A model generated the notes under the pieces. That model saw nothing but the letters and a program-made list of their open reading frames with translations, was not told the origin of the DNA and ran no database searches. The translations under genes were made by a program, and so were the position numbers. A stretch of 63,536 nt of DNA, the filler included, from Olpidium bornovanus S191 (taxonomy: Eukaryota; Fungi; Olpidiomycota): NCBI GenBank assembly GCA_017911155.1. It is 31 parts of 31 records of this genome, joined end to end, with 100 filler letters (N's around TTAATTAATTAA, not from the genome) between each part and the next. Parts side by side here need not be neighbours in the genome. Positions count along the whole stretch, not along the records: positions 36,587 to 38,179 come from JAEFCI010010799.1; positions 38,280 to 42,406 come from JAEFCI010007241.1; positions 42,507 to 44,167 come from JAEFCI010005357.1; positions 44,268 to 45,703 come from JAEFCI010009946.1; positions 45,804 to 49,779 come from JAEFCI010010558.1; 26 more parts are not named here. The stretch is one strand, 5' to 3'. This document shows positions 37,996 to 49,879 of the stretch, piece by piece; position 1 is the stretch's first letter; each line of letters opens with the position of its first letter.

Positions 37996-38068
37996 TGAGG
38001 ACAGAGAGATTCGAACTCCCAACCTATCGATCTGGAGTCGATTGCGCTAGCCGTTGCGCCATGTCCCC
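37996..38068 (-). tRNA. trnW: tRNA-Trp (CCA), intronless
   Basis: GGGGACATGGCGCAACGGCTAGCGCAATCGACTCCAGATCGATAGGTTGGGAGTTCGAATCTCTCTGTCCTCA: 7-bp acceptor stem, ATCGA/TCGAT anticodon stem around CT-CCA-GA, GTTCGAATC T-loop, and downstream T-runs (Pol III terminator). Confidence 0.96.
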
Positions 38069-39381
38069 TTTTGACGACGGTGGCAAGTACGTTTTTGCTA
38101 CGAACGAGACAAAAATCCAGGATGTAATGCCGGTGTGGGCCAACGGATTTCAAAGTTTTTGCTACCAATGGGACTTAGANNNNNNNNNNNNNNNNNNNNN
38201 NNNNNNNNNNNNNNNNNNNNNNNTTAATTAATTAANNNNNNNNNNNNNNNNNNNNNNNNNNNNNNNNNNNNNNNNNNNNCATGCTGACACCAAACTCCCC
38301 GTATCTAAATTTCAAGGACGAAGAAACGCGAGCACAACGTTAAGCTCACTGGAAAGGCCAGACAAAAACAAGTGGGCAAACACGTCCGCCGGCCGTACTT
38401 GCTGCGGCAATATCCCGAACGAGCGTAAGCCTCACCTATCATACACCGCCCTCTTTTTCGGGTCGCCTAATATGTCGTACGCGTGATTTATAGCCTGGAA
38501 CACTTCTGGGTCCGCTGACCGGTTCTTGTCGGGATGATATCTGAGTGCAAGTTTTCTGGCGAGCGTAGAAACGGAAGCGGAGAAAATAACATCAACCGAG
38601 AGCTTAGCGTCAACACCCGCCGCTCCAGCTGGCGTTTCGAAACCGAGGTTGTCGAACTACTCAACGCCGGTCGAGCAGGAACCAGAAGCTCCTCTTTGTC
38701 CGCCGGCAGGTGGGTCGGGCGCAGACGTGGGAGGGCGGCGGCACTCGCTGCCAAAGCGACCGAGCATAACGAATACAGCAACGCAACGCGAGTGTCCCGG
38801 CACCCGCGGATACGCCGGCACGTCACCGGACGGAGGCTCCGTGCGCTCGCGCTCTGGACCCTCGCTGGGGCTGGACCCTCGCTGGGGGTTTGAGCGCGTC
38901 CGCGGTTTTTACCTGTAGGCTCTTCGAATTTCATCGTCGGTGGCGGCGGGAGGGATCCCGAGGCGCTCGTAAAGTGCTGTCGTGCTCGTGCCCATTCTGT
39001 CCATCGCTGCAGCCATCGTGGGCCGTTTCCCGAGTGTGTCTGCTTTCGGCTGCTTTGCTCAGGCGCCGGCGGGCGGGCGGGCGGGCGGACAGGAAGACGA
39101 GAGGGAGGGAGTGCGGGGCGGAAGGTTTGGAGGATTTCGGGAAGGGGGAAAAAAAAAAAAAAAAAAAAAAAAAAGCCGCTCTGCCGTTCCCCTTCTACGC
39201 TTGCCCTACACTCTTAAAGAGCACGAATTTTTGCAGGGGAGAAGATGGCAAGCGTAGAGAGCTTCCGTTTCCGGTTTTTGCCCCTTTCAGTCGGCCACCA
39301 CCTCGCCAAGCACGCCATTACCGTCCTGTCCGCATCTTCTTTCCGCGGTGCTCGGCCCGGAAAGGTGAGCCTGGTTGCGGC

Positions 39382-39600
39382 TCATGGACGCCCGCGCTGG
39401 CGCCACCCGATCATCTTTCCGAACTTTAGGAATTTGTCCTGGTCCAGAGGCTTCGTGAGGATGTCTGCGGGGTTCTCGGTTGTCTCCACGCGGTGTATGC
39501 TGACTACTACCCTCGGCGACAGGTGGTAATAGCGAACATCAGCATGGTTTGACCTCTTCGACCCTTTCTCGTTGGAGGCCAGTTCTGCTTCTGCACCTGT
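39382..39600 (-). mobile_element. Ty1/copia RNase H C-terminal remnant
   Basis: RSNHADVRYY..IHRVETTENPADILTKPLDQDKFLKFGKMIG is the copia end motif (KHIDVRYH..V.T.EN.ADILTKPL...F..L...LG). Confidence 0.85.
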
Positions 39601-40849
39601 ATTTTCGATCATCAGTCTTGTCGGTTTGACGACGGCTTGCGGGTTGATTGTCATGTAAGCGCAGCTGTCATGGCTGCGCTGTCAACCCTCTTCTCAGCAA
39701 ACCGCCAAAACCTCTCCGCGGCCACGTGACGTCATGATGAGCCAAGATAAGCGGTCGCAACCAGTGTGTTGAGAGTCGTTGTCGATTGGTTTCCTTAAGT
39801 CACGCGACTCTCCGAAGGCCCTTCCTCCTTCCTAGCCGCACCCCACGTGTTCCCCCCCGTTGTCAATCCTCCAGAGCTTTGAACGACGCAATATATAATT
39901 TCTTAAATAGGTTATGACCCCAAAGGCATTGAATGGCAACGATCAGCTGAGCCCTTCGTAGCCGAGGAGCGGGCCAGGAAAACCAGAAGCCCCTCCCCGC
40001 CCGCGCTTCCTGCTGCTACGGCGATCACCTTTTTTCTGAGTCATTGTATGCGCTCACCGCGCACGTTCTCTGTGTCCTTCGATAAGCGCACGTTCTTTTC
40101 TGTCCATCAATAGAACAGCGCTGTTGTAAAGAAACTACCCGAGGAAGAGAGGGGAGTACTGGGTAGCAAAATTCCAAACTTCTTTTTTAACCAAATTCCA
40201 AAGCGCTAGCTTGGAAATCCACTTCTCGCCTTGCCCTGGCACGTGACCCGTGAGACGCGTCGGGAACCCCTATATTACTTTCTTATTTCCCTTCCCGTTC
40301 ACTAGAGCCCCTATTACCACCGCCGCTCACCCCCGTGTTTCCCTACGCCTCCGCCCCGAACGAAACGCCCCCCCCCCTTCTCCCACTCCACCTTGACGCG
40401 TAAGAAAGGGCGAAGCGGACGTAAAGAAAGAAGAGCGTCTGGGTCTTGCAAGTAAAAGGCCCTGCGCCGCCTGCAAAGCTGCCTCTCCCTCCAGACAGCG
40501 CGTCAACCCAACCAAGAGGTCACCAAATTGCACGTCTTCTTCGACAACAACTCTTCTTTGAACAACGGGATTGAAAACAGTTTTCGCGTGAATTTTTTCG
40601 TTACCGGACGACCATGCCCGTTCCAGCACACAGCAGGTCGCGCGTAGGCAGTCGTCGCTTCTGCCGCACCAACTCCTTTACCTGGCGCACTGCCGTTGGC
40701 GCCCGCGACACAAGATAATTGTAACAAGTGAAGCGCGGAATCTGCGCGCAGCGCTGCCTGGAAATTCGTATTCACAAATTCTAGCTCTGGGTCTGGATGT
40801 CTGAAATCTGGGTCTGCAAGGTTTTGTGAAGCTCTGCGAAGTTCTATGA

Positions 40850-40904
40850 GTGCGCGAAGGAAGTTCTATTAGTGCGCGAAGGAAGTTCTATTAGTGCGCG
40901 AAGG
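40850..40904. repeat. 22-bp tandem repeat, 2.5 units
   Basis: gtgcgcgaaggaagttctatta x2 plus a partial unit. Confidence 0.9.
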
Positions 40905-41367
40905 CAACGCACGTTTTATACACGCGCGCTGGCGTCGAGGCGCGGACGCACCAGGGCGCGGTCATGACGTGATGTGGTTCTCGGTAGTGGGCCTGTGCGA
41001 GGCGAGGCGTGGCGTGTGTCCGGCTGCAGGGCCTCGTACAGGCCGCTGCGGAAAATATTTTAAGGGAAAATTCTCTGAGGTCGGCGCCACCACGTTGGTG
41101 TTTGAGTTGCGCCCGGCATGGTCGTTTCCACCAGAGCGGCGGTTGGGCTTTCAGAAGATGCCAGCTGGGGAAGGACGTCGCGTGACCACGGCGCTCCCGG
41201 TCAGATACGCCAAGCAGCATGTAGACGAAAGGGACGTGGCCTCCACCACGCCAAACGAACCCTCAGTCTTTTCGCCACCGGGCTTGCGTCCTTCCAACGC
41301 GAGAAGGTCAATAATTCTGTATTTTGAGGTGAATATATGCGCAGAAGGAAAGCGGGTTTGTTCTTAC

Positions 41368-41583
41368 GCGCAAATCCGGCCTGCGCGTGCTCCCTTTCTC
41401 GTAGTCGAGCACGAGCTGCGCGCGGCGCTTCAGGTCGGCATTATCGGTGGTGGCGATTATATCCCTGAGGAAGCTTTTGAACCGGCGAATGCTCAGGCCC
41501 TCGACGGCTTTCGTCGCTTGGGCGAACACCTGGCTTGAAGGTTGGAAGCCCAAGGCTTCCTCGATCTTCGATTGTGCCGACAT
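41368..41583 (-). CDS. Putative first exon of an unidentified helical protein
   Basis: ATG-initiated MSAQSKIEEALGFQPSSQVFAQATKAVEGLSIRRFKSFLRDIIATTDNADLKRRAQLVLDYEKGSTRRPDLR with natural composition, followed by a possible GT donor. Confidence 0.45.
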
Positions 41584-42108
41584 GCCGCGTTCGGGGGCGG
41601 GGGTCCGGCGGGGAGCAGCCGAACTGGCCGGTCGGGCTGCGTTGAGAGGACAGAAAGCGTTGAGAGGACCGAAAGCGTTCTTCCCCCGCCACCCGCCGGC
41701 CTCGTGAGAAAGAGGCGCACGGTTTGTTTACAATCATCCCGCAGCTCTCGAACGAGCAGGGAGTATTGGGCGGAGGGGCGGCCGGCGGCCGGGCGGGCGA
41801 CTCGGCAACATGGGGGATAAAAAGCGCAGCCAGCCCGTTGCCCGTCTCCTGCCCCCGCCTCAACCACCCCCACCCCACTGCTACACGGCACAGAACGAAA
41901 AAGGCCCCCCGCCGCGCTTCCCCACCTCCGCCGCGTTTCCCCACTTCCGCCGACCAGCTCCGTTGCAAGACACGTCTGCCCCGCTTTTTTTGCAAGGTCA
42001 GTAGTCCGTTCGGGTTTTTTCCCCCCTGACGGCCGGATGGCGTGGCCGCCCAGTTGTGAGCAGGTGAAGACGAGCCCCCATCTCTCCCGGCGAGTGCGTG
42101 TGTGCCAC

Positions 42109-42406
42109 CCGGGGCTCTCCGGTCATTTCCGAGCTCCCGTGGTGCACCAACTCGCGCATGCAGCACCGGGCTGTCCGGTGATTTCCGAGCCTGTGCCGCA
42201 TGTTTTCTGTTTGGGCTGTCCGGTGATTTCCGAGCCCAGTGCGGAATCGGGAGACTTGCCTTCTGGAAAATTGGAGGGTCGTAGCAACTCGCGCATGCAG
42301 CACCGGGCTGTCCGGTGATTTCCGAGCCTGTGTTGCATGTTTTCTGTCTGGGCTGTCCGGTGATTTCCGAGCCCAGTGCAGAATCTGGAGACTTGCCTTC
42401 TGAGGA
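42109..42406. repeat. Higher-order satellite: 24-bp core x5 within a ~137-bp unit
   Basis: GGGCTGTCCGGTGATTTCCGAGCC recurs five times (first copy degenerate). The intervening sequences themselves repeat with a 137-bp period (caactcgcgc at 42148 and 42285). Confidence 0.9.
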
Positions 42407-43007
42407 NNNNNNNNNNNNNNNNNNNNNNNNNNNNNNNNNNNNNNNNNNNNTTAATTAATTAANNNNNNNNNNNNNNNNNNNNNNNNNNNNNNNNNNNNNN
42501 NNNNNNGCAGCAAGTGGGCCAGTCTTGCCGGCAAGCACGCCCTGGTATTTCAGAATGAGGGGTGTCGAGGTGGCTAGCGTCGAGACAAACAGTAGCACTA
42601 CCAATCCACAGATCCGACCCATGCAAAACGTCACCCACCACCAGCGAGAACAACGTCATCAGCATAGTCAAAAAACATTAAAACAATGGGGAGATAAGTT
42701 GCCATGTAAGGCCCTCTCGAGCATGTTCAGCGTGAGCATGGCTCCTGACATGAAACTGTTGGCAGGGAGCAACCCTGGGGCTATCTCTGAGGGAGCGGCG
42801 CTCGCCAATGTGTGGCTAACTTAGCATTTTTTTTTTTTTTTTTTTTTTCCTTTTTTTATTTTTTTTTAGCCGGGCGCATACAAACCACCCGCCGCCCCCT
42901 TTCGTCCCTGCCCCTGCCCCGCCCCCCCTCCAACGGCCAGCTCGAGCCACACGCGTCACCTTCTCGCCGTCCACACCCGCCCTTCTGCCACCGCGAAGCT
43001 GCAGCAA

Positions 43008-44148
43008 ATGGCTGGAGGAAAGGGAAAGGCCGCCGGCGCGAAGACCGGAGACGCCTCCGCCGGGAAGTCGAGGTCCGCCAAGGCCGGCCTTCAGTTCCCC
43101 GTCGGTAAGGAGAAGCCCCCCCCCCCCCTTGCGCGCGCGCGCGCGCCTTCGGCACCACACCCCCCCCCCCTTCCCCCTCTCCCCCGCCTTATTTTCCCGC
43201 CTCCGTTCTTCTTCCCGTTTACCCTCGCCTCCCGCCCTGCCCGTCATGCTTTCTTCCACCGTTGTTGCCTGGAACGCGTCCGGCTGCTGGTCGTACGCCC
43301 TGCCCTTTCCTCCCTTTCTCCCGCTTCCGCGCTTCCGTGATCAGACCGGTTTCCGTTGTCCCTTGTTGCCTGGACAAGGATCCGTCCGCCGTGACCCCAG
43401 AAACAATTTCAGCCAAACCCCCGCGTCCATTTCACCGCGCGAGTGACGCGTGCCGTCCTCTTGCCTCTTTTTGAAAAATCACGCGTCCGCTTCCCGGATC
43501 TTTTTCCGTGGATTTTCTTCTCGCAAAAAACCGCGTGCTTTCTCTCTACTTCCCGCCGTCTTTTTGATTCGCTCTCTTTTTCAGTTCTTTTGGAAATGAG
43601 CTGTTTTTAGACGCGTTTGTTCGTTACTTGACTGCCGTTTTCAACAATTTCCCGTAGGACGTCTCCACCGTCATCTGAAGAAGGGCAACTACGCGCAGCG
43701 CATTGGTGCTGGCGCCCCTGGTGGGTTCTTGTGCAAGTCTGACAGAGTCATGGTGGCGGCATAGTCTCACTTTCGTTACATTTTGCACCTACCGTTTTCC
43801 CCTTCCTGTTGCCAGTATACCTCGCTGCCGTGCTTGAGTATCTCACAGCAGAAATTCTTGAGCTCGCAGGGAATGCAGCGAGGGACAACAAGAAATCACG
43901 TATAATCCCCCGCCATCTTCAGCTGGCCATTCGCAACGACGAAGAGGTGCGTTCCGCGGCATTTCATAATCTCCACTTGTCGCGGTCCCGGCTGTTCGCT
44001 GACATGCGAGCTATCGTTGTTTCCCCAGCTCAACAAGCTCCTGGGCCATGTCACGATTGCCCAGGGTGGTGTGCTCCCCAACATTCACGCCAACCTTCTT
44101 CCCAAGAAGAGCAAAAAGGCTGGCGGCTCTCAGTCCCAGGAGCTGTAA
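43008..44148 (+). CDS. HTA1: Histone H2A (136 aa, SQEL C-terminus). Exons 43008-43104, 43658-43720, 43816-43946, 44029-44148
   Basis: [13 protein letters not shown]|[20 protein letters not shown]|[44 protein letters not shown]|[26 protein letters not shown]. Confidence 0.98.
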
Positions 44149-44441
44149 CCCAGATGGCCCTACCTTANNNNNNNNNNNNNNNNNNNNNNNNNNNNNNNNN
44201 NNNNNNNNNNNTTAATTAATTAANNNNNNNNNNNNNNNNNNNNNNNNNNNNNNNNNNNNNNNNNNNNACGCCAGTGCGAAAGAGCGGACGGCACGCGTGA
44301 AGTCCGGACATCTGTTACACACGGTCTGAGACAGACAAACAAGCCGGGATTTAAATTTCGGACCGAACTGGAGGGCCACTCTGCCATGCGTCATACCCGA
44401 GCTTTTCCCAGCCTTTCGCGTGGCCGGCCACCCTCTCTTCG

Positions 44442-45660
44442 TCAAACGCGAAACCGCTTCCCCCACGCGTTCTTCATGTGCGAGGACCGGTTGCCGACGA
44501 CGCTGGGATCGTCGATGACGCGGAGCGCCGAAAGGATGTAACCGCCCGTGCCGGAGGTATTCATCGTGGGGTGCGTCCGCCCCGGAAGGACCTGGTACTC
44601 GCGAAGAAACGACTCGCTGAGGACGGTGTTCAGCCAGTCCGGCGACGGGGCGAGGATTTCTCGGCAGTTCACGAGAACCTGCGAAGAACGAGCGACGCGC
44701 GGACTCGTTAAGTTTTCCCGACCTGTCGCCGCGTTTGTTTTTTTTTTTTTTTTTCGACCTGGGGCCAAACGCGGAGAACCGAACTTCCCTGCGCGGAACG
44801 AGCGCGCACTGCGGCCCCGCACCACAGACGCAGGCGCACGTACCTCTCTGAACGCGCTGTAGACGACCAAGGGCCGTGACCCGGCCAAACATGGCGACAG
44901 CAGCTCGATGATCCCCTCGGGCGCGAATTGGCTCGCGACGATCAGGGCGTCGAAGCCGCCCTCCCACAAGACGTGCTGCGCGGCGAGTACCCGCTTCTGC
45001 GCTGCCGCGCGCCGCTCGTACCTGGCGTCGGACCCACCTGGGGGCGGAGCGTCCACCACGCCTGTCCCCGTCAAGAGCAAACGAAGACGTCCCCAGGTCA
45101 GCTGCCGACCGTGGGCAAGCCCGAAAGTTGTTTTCTTTTTTTCTTCCTTCCGCTGTAACGTACGTTCCCGGTGTTTTGGCACGTGTCCCCAGTGCAACGT
45201 GGTCAGAACGTTCGTCACGGGTTCCGGGAGGATCATATACCTGACCACCTCATAGTTAGGCTGCTCCGTGTGGTGGACTGCAAACAGGCTGCCGTAACCT
45301 GCGCCCGCGGCGAGACGACAATAAATTTCAACGTCGCAATGATATCATCGGAACGCCGCGAGCCAAAGGCTGAGCCATGCGGAGTCCCGTACCTCCCAAT
45401 CTTTCGAGGACGGCGGAGACCAGCAGTCCATTCACGTCGTCTACGACCAGGTACCGACCCCATGCCTGGACGTTCGCGATCGATAAAATCTGCGCTAAGG
45501 TATCTACCCGCAGACACCTGCAGCGGGCGGAGGCGACAGACAAAACCGCGGCACAGCGCCATAATCCGTGCAAAAAGATTAACATGGACACGTCAGAATT
45601 TCTCGCGACGGCAAAACAGCGCGTCCTCTCGGCGGAGCGCCTCACCGTATCTTCGAGGGA
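44442..45660 (-). CDS. TRM6: tRNA (adenine-58-N1)-methyltransferase non-catalytic subunit, C-terminal part
   Basis: DTLAQILSIANVQAWGRYLVVDDVNGLLVSAVLERLG, EGGFDALIVAS..LAGSRPLVVYSAFRE, LSESFLREYQVLPGRTHPTMNTSGTGGYILSALRV. Confidence 0.94.
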
Positions 45661-46559
45661 CTTTTCTTGAAGTAAAAATTACACATAGTCTCTATTCGCG
45701 GCCNNNNNNNNNNNNNNNNNNNNNNNNNNNNNNNNNNNNNNNNNNNNTTAATTAATTAANNNNNNNNNNNNNNNNNNNNNNNNNNNNNNNNNNNNNNNNN
45801 NNNCTGCTAAAGGCATTTGCTTTCGTAGTTCTCTTCGAAGCCTCCATCGATATCTCCATCGATAGCAAGCTCCCTTCCTTTTAATTGGACCACTGATGGT
45901 AATCCATTATTACCTCCTCGCATGACTGTCTTCATGTTCCCTTTCCACGAGATCCAGTTGTTCTCGCCAAACGAGGCGATCGCAAGCCGCCCGCCGCGGG
46001 GAGCAGACATCATTAAGTCTTCCATCGAAAAGAGGTGACGAAGCCCTTTCTCCGATACCCCTTTTTTTCTCCTTGAAAGGGAAGAAATAAGAGCGTAGTG
46101 GGAGAGATTCAGAGCGTCCTCTGAGCTGAGTAGAAACGCGTTCGGCGGATCGTCACAGAAAGGCACTTGCCAGGCGGCACCCCTCCCTTCGGCAAAGTTA
46201 GCGGGGCCAAAGCGGCTACGGCGGGACGCGTTCTTGTGCTCCTGCTGTCGCGTGTCGTGCCGACAACCGGCTCCTTTTGCGCGTCGACGGTGCTGACGAA
46301 CGGTGCGGTGGAGGGACACCGAACAGATGGACCGGAGGGCGGGCCGCGATGGGGAGAAAGGGCGGGGGGCTCACGGGCAGCTAGAGATGATGGGCAGGCG
46401 CGCCAGCCCAGCGTGATGTCACGTGACACGTTATGCGCACTCCAAAAGCCGCCCCGGTCCCCCGTCCTCCCCCCACACGCGGGAAACCTCCCCACTCACT
46501 GCGCAGACGGACCGCCCCAGAGCGCCGGGGCAGGCCGGGCGCCCAGCCCCCCTCAAACC

Positions 46560-47977
46560 ATGCACGACGTGAAGTCGCGCGCGAGCGCCCTGTTCTCGGC
46601 CGCCGTCACCGTGCTGTTCGCGCTGCTGGCGGTCGTCGCCTTCTCTTCGCCGCTCATCGCGCCGCCGCCCCCCGCGCTGCTGCGGCTGTTCGGCGCCGAC
46701 GGCGTCGCCCCCTACAGCAGCGGGCCCGTCACCGCCGCGGTCACCGTGAACCGCGTCCAGACGTGAGTTCCAGTCGTCATTTCTTGCCCGGGCCCTCCGG
46801 ATTCCCCGGCGCCTTCCGCCCGCGTCGCGTTGTGGCGCTTTGCACCGGAAACGGAGGAGGGGGGATGGGGAGCTCGAGGGGGTTTCTTCAACGCCGGCTC
46901 CGTTTGCGGCCGCGAGAAGCAAATCTTCGCCTCCCCGCGCGTGGAAGAGGGAAAAGGGGCGGAGGGTTGGAGGGCATGAAGTAAAAAAAGAAGCTTTCCT
47001 CTTTCGGAGTTCCTCCCGATCTCTGCTTGGCGGTTGTCGACGAAACCTCTGACCTCCACAGTTTCTGGTCCGTTTCCGCCGCCGCGAACCTCTCTGCCGC
47101 TTCGTGACCGCGGCGCCCGGGGGCCGGGGGGGGGGTGTTTGTTTTGCCTTTTTGTTTTGGCGGAACGCACAGCGGAAAAGGCCGGGTCGACTATTACGAC
47201 CGGCGGATGCAGGACATCGCGTCCATCCTCTTCGACGTCGACGCAGGTACGGAACGGCCGCTGCTCCGGGTCCTCTACCCCCGCGCAGCCGGGGCTCGCC
47301 ACAGACTGTTTTTTTTATGCCGTGGCGGCGCTCCGGTCAACCCCTTTTTTCTTTGGCAATAACAGACCTGCGGCCGCTGTTCCACTGGAACACGAAGCAA
47401 CTGTTTGTCTCTGTGGTCGCGGAGTACGAAGCGAAAGACCACGTACGTTTAGCAAAAGTAGAAACGCGCGGGCGCTTCGCCGGGCGGCGGGCGGTGGCGG
47501 CGAGCCGCCGTCCCCCCTCCCCCCCCATCCCTGTTGTTTTTTGAGAGGTGGCGAGGACGCGTGCGGCTACCAGCTCCCCAATTGGTAACCGTCAGAGATG
47601 TGGCGTTTGTTTCCCTAGCACATTAATAAGATCGACCTCTGGGACAACATCATAACGGACCCGGAGGACGCCTTAATAAGTCTGCGGAACGAGGCCAGCG
47701 AATACGCGTGGTCGCAAATCGGCGATCAGGGACTGAAGTATGTCTTTCAGGCACCTGTTCGCTTTCTTTTTGTTTTTTTGTTGCTTTCCGGTGCGGCCGC
47801 TCCCTTCCCCCCCTAATATTGCTCCCGAACTCGCTCGCTGCACCGGCATACCGACGACAAAGGGGTCTGCACGCGAACGTGTCGCTGCATTGGAACGTCA
47901 TACCATACGTCGGAATGCTCTCCACAGACCGGAGCGGGTCCTCAAAGCGATTTGAACTGAAATCGGCGCAAATTTAA
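46560..47977 (+). CDS. SPC3: Signal peptidase complex subunit 3 (SPC22/23), complete, five exons
   Basis: MHDVKSRASALFSAAVTVLFALLA (N-terminal TM), ASILFDVDA|DLRPLFHWNTKQLFVSVVAEYE, KIDLWDNII, ANVSLHWNVIPYVGML. Confidence 0.95.
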
Positions 47978-49320
47978 TTGCCATTGGCTGTTTTGACAAA
48001 AATAAAAACATTGGGTGCGACGGCTCGGGTTCGACCATTTGGCGCAAAGACGGGCGTTGTGCAGGCGAACGAACTGCAACTGCAGACGAGACGACTGCAA
48101 AATTTGGGGGGAAAGCCCCCTTTTCTCTCCAACCCCCCAGACCGGCAGGGTGTTTTGCCAGTCTGACTTTCACAATCGCTCTTTGCAATAAAACGGCGGC
48201 TCGTGAAAAATTTCGCGCAACAGAGCCAATGAGCGGGAGCTGGTTCAGTTTTTCTCAAGCGCAGAAAAGCGGAGGACATCTGACGCGGCGCCGGCGGCTG
48301 GAGCGTTCTGGTTGACATTGGGCCCGCCCGCACAGCGCAAGGGGGCTTTGCCCGATGCGGTTCCCCTGTGGCGTATTCGCGATGGGCACCGAGCGGCTTT
48401 CAAATAACCTCGAGGCGAACTCCCCCCAGCCACCGCGGTGTGTGGCATCCCCGTGTGCAACCCCCGCTGAAAACAGCCACACCGGGTGATACGGCCGAAA
48501 AACAACGAAAAATGTTCCCAGAGCGATGAATTTGTCGAACACTGCGCCCAGATGGCGCAACCACGTAACCATTTGCGAAGTCCTTGTTATAATCCGTTCG
48601 TCCCCCACTCCCCCGGAGTGTTTGCAAAATGGGTGGGGGGGAAGGGGCGCTCATTTTTTCTGCGTGGCTTCGTCAGGCGGTTTGCTCAGTTCCACGATGA
48701 AGATCGCACCTATTGAACAAACCGGGCTCTCCTGCGCCGAACTTCACGACAGGTGAATTGCGCGAGAGAGACGCCTCCTTCGATGTCACGTGACTCATCA
48801 ATCAGCCCCCCATAACCATCGATCGGGCCCGAGACGGAGAGCACATCTGGGGTTGAACACGAGTTTTTTTACCTCGCCCACGGGGGGGGGGGGGGGGGGG
48901 GGGGGGGGGCGGGGGGGCCCCCCCCCCCCCCCCCCCGCCCCCCCCCCCCCCCCCCCCCCCACCCCCCCCGGGGAAGCGGCGACGTTTTTTTGTTTCGCTC
49001 TCTCTCTCTCCTTCCTCTCTTTGCTCTCTCTCTCTCTGCTCTTTCTCTCTCCGCTCTCTCTCTCTCTCTGCTCTCTCTCTCTTTCCTCATCCTCCCTCTA
49101 TCCTCTCCTCTCCTCTCCTCTTCGCGGACCTTCTTTATTTCTTTTCCTCTCTCCCGCGCGCTCTCTCTCTCCGACAAACGGCCCCATCGCCCCGTCGCGT
49201 TTCCTTTTTCCCCCCCCTCGCCCCTTCGCCCCCCAGTCTTCCCCGTCCTCCCCCTTCCTCCTGTTGGAACGGAGCTGTAGAAGAAGCCGAAGATGCAGCG
49301 TATGCAGCGAGCCCAAAAGC

Positions 49321-49610
49321 ATGGGAAGGAATGAGAACTGTATTTGGGGCGTTTGTTTACTAGTTTCCCCTGGCCCTATTTCATATGGCGGCGACTAAGG
49401 AATCTACGAAGGGGGGTAACGCGGGCTGGCGTGTGCGCAGTGCCTACAGCCCCTTTATTCTACAGCTCCCCTGACGAGAAAAAAGGGGGTTTCAGGGAGG
49501 ATAGAGCCCTTCCCCCGCCGATTTTTACCCCTGAACTCCTCTCTATCGAACCGGGTAGAATCATGGAATGCATGACCCCCGAGAGCTCTTCTATCCCCCA
49601 AAAAGGAGAC
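49321..49610 (+). repeat. Dispersed repeat family A, longest copy (~290 bp)
   Basis: The 5' half matches 10980-11105 and the 3' half matches 37081-37215 and 23421-23490. Confidence 0.75.
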
Positions 49611-49879
49611 GCTGGTCTCGCATGAAGAAACACCAGATCGGTGACCCTGACAGATGGTCCTCTTGGGAGCAGCTGCGGCAGGCCCTACGTCAATGTTTTT
49701 ATTCTCACCATTGCAAAGACCAAATGTGCACTAAACTATTAACCATTACTCACGCAGAATACCACACAGTCCACAGCTANNNNNNNNNNNNNNNNNNNNN
49801 NNNNNNNNNNNNNNNNNNNNNNNTTAATTAATTAANNNNNNNNNNNNNNNNNNNNNNNNNNNNNNNNNNNNNNNNNNNN

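Noticed and set aside
42109-42406. CRISPR array
   Set aside because: The spacers are uneven and themselves repeated, there are no cas genes, and the context is eukaryotic.
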